DNA of 63,553 nt, counting the filler, from Choristocarpus tenellus KU-1152 (lineage: Eukaryota > Protista > Phaeophyceae), in assembly GCA_964200185.2 (NCBI GenBank). It is 9 parts of 9 records of this genome, joined end to end, with 100 filler letters (N's around TTAATTAATTAA, not from the genome) between each part and the next. Parts side by side here need not be neighbours in the genome. Positions count along the whole stretch, not along the records: positions 46,795 to 54,446 come from CAXNAD020005812.1; positions 54,547 to 57,918 come from CAXNAD020020467.1; positions 58,019 to 63,553 come from CAXNAD020010490.1; 6 more parts are not named here. One strand, given 5' to 3'. Made by a program: the position numbers and the translations under genes. How positions within the stretch are numbered: position 1 is the first letter of the stretch; the number at the start of each line of letters is the position of its first letter. Shown here piece after piece: positions 54,311 to 63,553 of this stretch. The notes beneath the pieces were generated by a model. It did not search any database. It had not been told where the DNA came from and was given only the letters and a program-made list of their open reading frames with translations.

Positions 54311-55179
54311 GACGGCACCATCTAACACACCACGGTCGTCAGGGGGGGCTTATGGATTCGTGAGATAGAGCAGGCTCAAAGTATCTGGGAGGGGGTGGCG
54401 GCTGTCCATTTGGGGTCAATTTTTTCATGTCGCGATTTTTAGGTGANNNNNNNNNNNNNNNNNNNNNNNNNNNNNNNNNNNNNNNNNNNNTTAATTAATT
54501 AANNNNNNNNNNNNNNNNNNNNNNNNNNNNNNNNNNNNNNNNNNNNATAATAAGATAGAGCACCCCCCACCACCGAGGGTTGTGCTCACTCCGCTAATAA
54601 ACATATCCATACCACACAAAGCAAAATACTCTACTTGAGTGGTTCTTTTTTGCATACGTCCCGCCTACCCGTTGCCGATAGCCGTGGCTAAATCCACCGC
54701 TGTTTTTTAGGGAGTCCAAGGCGGCTTCACGGTTGGCGTCCCACAGCACAGTGAAGGTGTGTACCGCCCTGAAATCGAACTTACCCTGTGTGTCGATTTA
54801 TACGCAACATTGTCGAGGAGAGGGCAAGGACAGAGATGTTATATCATCTGAGGGCGCGAATAGAGTTCGTCATATCATAGAGTCACACCGTGCCTGACTA
54901 AGTATTTGTATCGAGGTACGAAATCCGCATACTAAACCAATAAACGACCCATCAAGGTTTGTGTTCCATCTACGGAAAGCCAAACTGACTTGGCTCGCCG
55001 CAGTTGGGTGAATGGCAAATCCGGTCAAAAGAATTTCGGGTTGCGATCTGTGCGTGAGGAAGTTTTTACATTCGGCATGTGCGATGGTGGGTTCATTGGC
55101 TGTGCATCCGAATTTCATCGACGGCGCGTTTTTCACATTGCATACTCGAACGTTGTTACTGACGACATCCTTTGAAATG

Positions 55180-56410
55180 TACCGTGCTTACATCCTTGGT
55201 GTCCCTCCTCTTGTGGTCCTTCCACACACCACACAGAACATTCTCGAATTCTTCAGTTCCTGATAGCAGAGCGATGAGGTCGGCGAATGAGGGATTTGTA
55301 CCGTTAGATTACAAGTAAGAGGTTGTTTGTGTCGAGCATAATACAAATCCCAAAATCATTAATTAATGGTTGTAGCTTTACCTTCATCTGCACATATCTG
55401 GGCCAGAGACGCGATCGCGTTGTAAAATTGGTTGGCAGTGCCGTAGCTGGCACTATATTGAGGCCACTCTCCAGGTTCGTATCCACCCAAGCCTCCTTGA
55501 GGAATGCCGTAACCTTCGCAGCTACAGCTTTCTTGACCGCAACGTTGAAGGCGGCATCGCTTTGTGTGAAATCTATCTTGCCAAGTGAGTACTGGTTGCA
55601 CAGCTTCACCAGCGCCCTGCGTCTCCTCCTCTCGCTGATGTCATTTAAAGCTGGCAGGGTGGATGGGAGGGGCTGGACCCTTCCGAATTCTCTTCGAAAG
55701 TCCTTCATGGACCACAACCATGACACCATTCTTGGGAATATGTCCACAACGTTGGGGACATGAGACCTGCTGGAGGTCACGTTTTCCCCGATCGAAATGG
55801 ACTCCGCTTTCTCCCGATCACATCGTGGATATAGGTGCCACTGAAGGTTGTTGCCGTGGGGTTCGACATGGGTGATTACATCCTTGGCCCAATCCTTGTT
55901 GACGAACGGGGGAAACTCTATATCGATCGGCACGATGTCCTCCTGGCTTATGTTGTTTATTATTCTGAGGAGCATTACCCGATGCTGCCCATTCAGGCAG
56001 AAAAATATGTTGTGCCTGTCCTTCCGACTCCTGTTCGTCCCCGTCTTGTCCTCCTTCACGAATCCAGCCACGATGTAGCTCCTGACAAGAGTGTCGATAG
56101 ATAGTTCCGCCGAAAACCCGTGGTCTTTCATGTACTCCTTCACCTCGTCGGCGGTCTTCCTGTGGGAGCAGAAGGCGAAAGGCTGCGAAGTTAGGATGGA
56201 GAAGATCTTCTCCACTGTGAATTGAGGATCCTTCTCCAGATCTTTCACCATACGTGCCACTCTGTCCTTGTCGAGTAGGTTGGCGTTATACTCCTGGGAC
56301 AGAAATCCCGTGCTTACCAGGTACGTTACATTGATTGCACTTAGGTAAATGCTATCAATCTTTGGGGTCCTCAGCTTCGTCTCTTCGCCAGGAGCTTCGC
56401 TCGTAGTCCT
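55180..56410 (-). CDS. ParB/Srx-fold (NGQHR) protein; long open exon, probably frameshifted at both ends
   Basis: ORF 55304-56260 stays open upstream to ~56410: EYNANLLDKDRVARMVKDLEKDPQFTVEKIFSIL...FFCLNGQHRVMLLRII...HLYPRCDREKAESISIGENVTSS. No in-frame ATG upstream of the extension. Probable intron ~55380-55263. Confidence 0.65.
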
Positions 56411-57174
56411 TCATGCAATGTAGGTTTTTGGAAAACATGGCGTCGAACGAAAGGAGGTATGGGGAAGAGATTAAAGTAAAGTGTGGAGCTGATATGATTC
56501 CCACGGTTGAGTGTTGAGGATGATGAGGTAGGGATGAATATGAAACAAGTGATGAGAGAGGTGTTTAGCGACGAACGAGCGGACTGATGAGTGCTTTGCC
56601 ACAGATGATACGTGTTTGAGGCTAGAGTGATTTGCACCATTAAAGGAATGCCTGAATTGCATTGGACATGGAAAGCGGATGGGTGGTAAGTGGAGGGGCT
56701 TTGCATTTGGTCAAAGAATTTGGAATGACAGCATCTGAGAATGAGAAATGGTTGGACCGCGAAAATTTACAAATTTGATGAATTCCAAATGCATGTGTTT
56801 GGTGTGTTTTTCTTCTAAAATGACGTCGAACGGCGTCATTTGAAAATAGGGGATAGTTCAGAAGCGATTAGTGAAAAATTTTATACTTTCCGAATGGGTG
56901 TGGTTAGATGATAATCCTTTCTCCAAAAAAAAAAAACGTAACAAAAAAATTCATAAATAAAAATAATGCTCGACGTGATATGAGAAATAGAAATGGTTGG
57001 GATGCGAAACCTGTTTGATATATTCACTTCGGAATGCATGTGGTTGATGGGGATCCTTAATTCCTTCGAGAAGAGAAAAAATTAGTGCAAAAAATATGGC
57101 ATGGGCGGGGGAGCGTTAGGTGGTGGGTCACGAGGATTAGCAACAGAGGAGAGATGCTTTTCCTGTTGCATATT

Positions 57175-57720
57175 AAGATGATGTCGAAAGTGAGGGATAG
57201 GTGAGGTGCAATACTGGAAAGAGATGATTACTTTTGAATGCAAAAATATACCGGGTATCGTGTATTTCTTCGTGAACAACATGTCAACACGGGCAGCGAA
57301 CTTGTTGAGGATGTGAACACAACTGACTACAGTGGAGAATGCTTTATACTGCTGGTGAATCCAAGAATGATGTCCAAAAATCTGAATGGGTGAGATGCAA
57401 TACTTAAAAGAGATCTTACTTTTGACTGGACAAAAAAACAGGGGGTCGTCCGTACTCCTTTAACAACAAGTCAACACAGGCAGCGAACTGGTTCGGGGTG
57501 TGAACAGAATTGGGTACAGCGGAGAGTGGTATCTTCTGTTTGTGATTTCCTAAAATGATGTCGAAAATTCCGAATGGGTGAGGTGCAATACAGGAAATAA
57601 ATGGTTACTCGTTGGAATGACAATAATCGAATAGGGGTTTTCTATTCCTTTCCACAAAAACAAAGGTGACTGGTGAAGTGCTGCAGGTAGTGATCAGAGT
57701 TGGCTACAGGGGAGAGTGAC
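57175..57720. repeat. Diverged tandem array, ~189-bp period, three units
   Basis: atgatgtc.aaa...ggtgag.tgcaatac...gat..ttact...caacac.ggcagcgaact.gtt...gtgaaca...tacag.ggaga.tg at ~57178, ~57367 and ~57555. Confidence 0.85.
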
Positions 57721-58199
57721 TTTTCATGTACATAATGTGTGAGATGGAGTTAGGGCAACGATGTTAAGGACTGTGTTTGTGAGAGAGCATACGATCTGTG
57801 ACCCAAAGTATGTGGAGGGGGGGGGGGGGGGTCTGCACCAGGGGGTCCATTTTGACCATAACTAAGAAAAATACACTTACATTATAAATCCGATGCATGC
57901 AACCAAATCACACAAAAANNNNNNNNNNNNNNNNNNNNNNNNNNNNNNNNNNNNNNNNNNNNTTAATTAATTAANNNNNNNNNNNNNNNNNNNNNNNNNN
58001 NNNNNNNNNNNNNNNNNNTGTCATCAATAACAAAAAAAAATCTCGCTTGATTTTTTTTTTCTCCCCCCCCCCCTCCCCCCCCCCCCCAACACACTCTCCT
58101 ATTCATTGCGTCCTATCACCTCATTGACATCTGTCACAGTGAAAGGTAAACACACTTCCTGGATGCACTACAAAAATACACACACCACTAATCATGCAC

Positions 58200-61100
58200 C
58201 TTATGAAGTATGCCCATCTTTTCACATAGATGACAAGAGAAATGGTCCTTGACCAAGTGCTGGTGCAGCTGAGTGTTATTGTAGTACCGTGTCTTGCAGA
58301 ACTCACACCGAGGATGCCCCTTGAATCCTAACTCAGGGTTGCCCTGCACAAAAAATAAGCGTGATAGTAGCGTTTCATGTGCTAAAAAAAGAAAATTAAT
58401 ATCCCCTAAAAATAAAATAGCAATGAATGTTCTGAATGAGGTAAGACAGGGGCATTTTAGCATATGCATTCTATTGTTGATGATCGTTGATGGATAAAAA
58501 TTTATATTTGTGGAAGAGTTGTGGCGACTTCAACCACTCAGAGGAGGGGGTGAGGGGAAGAGGGACCACTGGAAACAAAAAATAAAAATAAAAATCTTTT
58601 GTAAACCTCCTTCAGTTAACCCTTCTACCAGCCACAACTGATGTTATCAACTAATGTTATCAACTGAAGTTATCAATATAACAATAAAAAACAAATAGCT
58701 TTGTATGAGGCGCAAGGGTACAGGCAACAGCTACAGTATGTTATGCAAACCTCCTTCAATCAACCCTTACCCTAGCCACCACTTATAATATCAATATAAA
58801 GTAGAATAGCAATCACAAAAAGTACCTTCACATGAGGTGCAGAGGTACAGGCAATGGCTAGACTATCCTATCTAGCAGAAGGTTGCGAAGCCAAACCAAA
58901 CCGACCTGGCGAATGTGCTGGTCCAGCTGTGAGCGTGTATATGTTGTCTGTTCCATGAGAAACACCTTCCTCTCCCTGAGGCACACCTGTCCAACAGAAG
59001 AATGATACCAACACTTGTAGGTACTCACAAGACACATCATACAGTATCATCACTATTGCACTATTATTATTATTATATATATTCTTGTTTATTTCACCTA
59101 TCACTACCACAGTGTGCTGTACTTTGCACACTTACTATTTCAGTAAAAAATCCTAACCTTAACCTTAACGATAATTCTTAGCCCAACACAACCTTCTACC
59201 TGGTTACCTCGAAAAAGCAGTCTAAACCAATCAGAAACAAAAGAAGACTATTCACCAAGGAGAAGACACACAACCAGAATATTCACCTTACAAAAGTACA
59301 ACTTATGTTGTTCTCGAAGATGCTTCTCAAGGCCCTGCATGTGGTCATACTTGGGGTGGTGGCATCCCTCAGTGTGACACCTATGCTCCTTCACACCAGC
59401 GATAATCAAACCATGGCAGGTTATACATAGCAGAAGTAAATGGTGGCCATTATCAGTCGATGAAGAGTTGAACCTTGCATGGCAGAAATGTTGAAAGGTG
59501 TATAATGCAGGCTGGTCTATTTCATAAGTGGGCGCACGTGATGAGGCACACACGCCTCTTTGTACATGAAAAATATCACAACTTCAACAGAAAAAATAAA
59601 ATAATAATACCAACCTATTTTTCCTTCCACCCAAATAATACTAAAAATAGAAATAATTGTATCTTCGGCAAAACATAGCTTTGGCTGAATATTTAACATC
59701 TTTAGGCTTCAAGCAGCAAACTCTCTGCCAAAATTCAGGGCGTTTATTGTGCACCTTCCTCCAAATTCAATAAATATAATAACAAAAAAGAACGTACTAA
59801 CCCTAACCCTAACACTTCATATGCCAATCGTACATTTGTTGGAGTGCCATGTTAAGAGGAGTGATAACACAGTACAGTATCCAAACTTAATAGCATTACA
59901 CCACGATTGATTATATATATACTAAGAATGGAGGCGACTCAGTCACTACGGCAAGACGTAACAAACAGCAACAGTTGCGACTTCTGGGCTTATCTTCAAG
60001 AATGCTCTTCTTCCTATGCCAATTACATCGCCTTACATCTCCTACACCACTATTCCCTTATCCTCCTGCTGTTGTGGGGTGTCTGAGTCATATAAACAGG
60101 GGTGATTTGTTGGGGTTATCTTATACGAGTCGCTGTTTGTTCCCACACTATACTTCAGCCTCAGTCTCCGCCCCCCACCCCCACTTTTGCACTATACCTG
60201 ACCCAGATCATCACAGATCTTGCACTTCAATAGCCTTACTAGTTCTTAAAGTGTGAGAACTGGGCAAGCACTTTGTCTGCAGGGTCACTAAAATGTTTTT
60301 CACTGATGTGTGATGAATAAAAAAAAAAGACACTGGACAAAAAGTACTTACCACAGCATAATTATACTAACACAGTGTACATGCTATGATAATCGTAGGG
60401 TTAGGGTGATAACAACGACAAAAAAGACACAAAAAAGACAGGATTATACTGTAAATATCGTATCATAATATATTGGAGCGAAATAATAATGGAGATTCGG
60501 CAAGAAAAAAGTGCAGAAAAAGATCCTCATAGAATATTTGCACCAACAAAATGGCAAGGCAAATAAAACATTCATTTCTGGTCTACATATATATATATAT
60601 ATTTGATAGTATTTCAACAATATGAAGTACCCCCTTTCCACTGGGATGCAAGGAGAAACGCTCCGTAGCTCACAGCATAGTGGATACAGCAAAGGGCAAG
60701 GAGTTTGCAAATTGACCAAGGCCGTGTTCCTAACTGGTAGCCTGGTTGTGTGTTGACTTCAACAAAGAGCAGTGTTTGGATTTGATGCATGTTATGTATA
60801 GACTCCACGTACTATTCATTGATACTTCAGGTACTATATTATAGATTCAATGGTATACTAATATATATATATATATATATAGAACTATGTCTTTAATTAT
60901 ATGTATATTTAATTGTAAAATCAACTGTTGTACAATATATGGAGGCCTTGGTTGTAAGCAGTACAGACCTTGTAGTATTCGTTGTGTTGTCTAATGTGTT
61001 GATTCTTTTTCCGCATGACAATACCTGCAAAATATCAGACGGCGTTTTATATGTATTATTATTACTATTACGATGTTCAGTGCAATAGTTGTAAACCAAA

Positions 61101-62240
61101 TGTTGCTAAGTACTCACTTGAAGCATCCTCACATACCCCTGGCTGTAACTCTTGGGCAAGAACATACGAGACTGTTCCTCCCATTCGTATCCCGGCCCAG
61201 CACTGTCACCCCAGACATGGAAGTCCTCAAAAGGCCTGGAGGGATTTGCACAGGGCACCAGGGCCTTCGACTTGTAAGACTTCCTCCATTGAGTCTTCTA
61301 GTTACCTTGCAGATTCGAAGCACAGTAGGATCAACCGAGATCTGATCTTGGGAGGATAGAGACTCAAGTCCCAGGGGTCGTGGAACATTCTCCCTTCATA
61401 TTTCCTACTGCAAGATGAACCTATAAAAGAAAACTAGGTTCATACTTCATCCCTTTGTGTTAGCAACCGTTGAGGGAGGTTGAAATAAATTGGAGTTGAC
61501 AGGCCTCAGTCCTTCATCTGATTTCCTTGTATTTTTGTCTTCAATTACGCTTTATTTACGTGCGACATTCCCCTGCCGATCAAGAGCATCTCTGAATAAT
61601 CAACGCGTATATTCGTACTGTGTGCACTGTGGTGGGGATGACTTACCTTAAACTCTCCGAATCGCAAACCATTACACGATCCATTTCCGTCTTGCAAAGG
61701 ACGCAACTCATCTCTTTCAGCAGCTTTCGCAGTCGTAGATAGCAGAGACTTTCACCATACAACACAAGGAGGAAGGGAAAGTGGAGGCAGATGGCATGTA
61801 ATGGTCCACAAAGTACGCCAGGCATGAACAGGACTTATTTGGTGCTTGAGTGTTGTTTCCTCGAACAGTCGCCAACACTTACAGGAATCATGTTGCAGCC
61901 GCAAATTAGCGAATAAGAAGACGAAAAAAATCAATGTTGGAGTGAGGTATAAAATTAAGGATGAGACATGGCCGACTGTTCCACCACACGCTCGAGGGGC
62001 GAAAATGGGGACCGCTAGACCAGCGTCACGTCATTACAAGTTGCACACATGATTACCTTGAATTATCCTTATGGCCATAACGTGGATGAAATACAAAAGG
62101 CTTGCTACGCTTTACGACCTTCACCTGCAAACGCCTAAATGGTTGCAAGGACCGACTGCGTGTAGATGTTTCTCGCAATCTATCTCCTCCACGCACACAA
62201 CACAGTGCAATGGAGGCGTAGACCCGTCCTTTTCCTCCAT
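58200..62240 (-). CDS. ZNF598: E3 ubiquitin ligase ZNF598/Hel2 homolog (RING + C2H2 fingers), 5' six exons; continues into the gap
   Basis: Exons 62240-62125, 61748-61647, 61235-61118, 59388-59287, 58986-58906 and 58343-58200 splice in phase: MEEKDGSTPPLHCVVCVEEID...AVGPCNHLGVCSLCYLRLRKLLKEMSCVLCK...LEKHLREQHKLYFCKVCLRERKVFLMEQTTYTRSQLDQHIRQGNPELGFKGHPRCEFCKTRYYNNTQLHQHLVKDHFSCHLC. Confidence 0.93.
58603..58860. repeat. Intronic diverged tandem duplication (~145-bp period)
   Basis: aaacctccttca.t.aaccctt...atgagg.gca..ggtacaggcaa..gcta occurs twice. Confidence 0.75.
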
Positions 62241-63553
62241 GTCGGTCGCCATTCAAGCAATAATTTGACACCCTATGGCATACAAAGTACGATCTTGGCT
62301 ATTGACGGTGCTAATGGTACCGTTTGTTAGTCCAGGGATCGCTGACCTTTCATTTCACTTGAGTTTAGCACAATTATAGGGTGTTAAGAGAGAAGAGGAG
62401 TGAGTCGCAAGTTTGTACCTTTTTGATGTGTTGCTATACCCCAATTTTGTCCTTGCTACATGATTATTCAATCAATCGATTGATGTGATTAATTTTGATC
62501 AATTAAAAAATCTTGATTGTATTGATGGATTGATTGATTAAATTTATGCGATTTTGTCATAGATAGTCCAACCATGCTACTACTGTTCTTTACACTAGCG
62601 TTGTGAATCGACAGTTCCATCGACTTCTCTTCGATTAATCGAAATAACCGAATAACTGAACGAAAAAAATCGGTTTTCGTTTTCTTAACACAATACAATC
62701 ACAAGTGTTGGTCGTTACATGTTACGTGATGAACAAACGATTCGAACGTCGGACTTATAACTCTGATCATCCGGTTCAACACACCAACATCAGTAACACA
62801 TATAGAAATGAACGCCACCCAACTACCTCTACAACACAAAAATAATACCGAAACACATCGTCTAACTTCAACTTCAACCTGATATCCCAAACATCCAATA
62901 TGATAAACCCCATGGACTATTTCATGTGTTGGTACTACACATATATAAAACTTCACATATTTCTTTGACTCAAAAACCAGATACTGATCTCTCGACTTCA
63001 ACCTTCAACTCCTCCAATCTATTACTCTCTTGCGTAGTTTTGTTTTCGTGTCCAATCTTCTTGCGACACATTTAGAGATGTATGGAATGTGGGTTTATCA
63101 TTTCAAATATTGTTTCCATTTAACAGAGCTGAGACTACTGGACGTGTCCGATATCACAGAAGAATCACATATTTGTCGCAAGAACCACAAACATCCACTT
63201 CTTTCTACCTACTAATACAGTATATAATAGGTTTAAAGTTGAACTAGGTAAGGAGTTATGAGGTGTCATTGCACTTACTATTCATTTCATCAGTGTTGAC
63301 TTCAGATGTGTCTGGTGAGACCTTTAAAGATCTTTAAAGACTTTGGACTTTTTACCTTCCATCCAGTCTTTCACGACATCTCTGTAATGGTCATAACATC
63401 AGGTATCAAGACAAAAATAGTCAATGAAGCAGGTTGGAGGGGTTGAAGGTTCAGTTAACAGGTCTTTCTCAAAATTGAGGATGGTGCAGGACTATGAGGA
63501 TGGTTTTTTTGCGAAAAAAAAAAAAAAAAAGTACCCTGAGGTTTATTTTTTCG

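Noticed and set aside
55304-56260. Bacterial contamination or a DndB/DGQHR phosphorothioation operon
   Set aside because: No operon neighbours, probable spliceosomal introns, an intron-containing homolog at 700-2996, and a host-type MITE on the same contig.

Overview
Eukaryotic, intron-rich, repeat-dense genomic scaffold. It is nine contigs joined by eight 100-bp N gaps, each carrying an artificial TTAATTAATTAA spacer, so adjacency across gaps is not proven. Sequence style and scattered TTAGGG runs suggest a stramenopile alga (inference only). Three spliced host genes can be reconstructed by hand: a ZNF598/Hel2-type RING E3 ligase (5' six exons, minus), a DUF4050/Gag1-clamp-like protein (last four exons, plus) and a long coiled-coil protein (ten exons, plus). 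There is also an orphan decayed isoleucyl-tRNA synthetase exon. The rest is mobile DNA: two copies of a multi-intron DDD transposase (Sola-like/DUF7869-type); several MITE families sharing an AAAGTATCT terminal core, one with GAG..CTC ends and 4-bp TSDs; decayed CRE-like non-LTR retrotransposons; and Ty3/Gypsy remnants. The most unusual signal is a recurring module: a ParB/Srx-fold (GxHR) gene lying just downstream of a 174-265 bp tandem array. It is seen clearly twice and possibly a third time, and in one contig it sits divergently from the Sola-like transposase. This suggests a large DNA transposon carrying ParB-like cargo and an internal repeat array.
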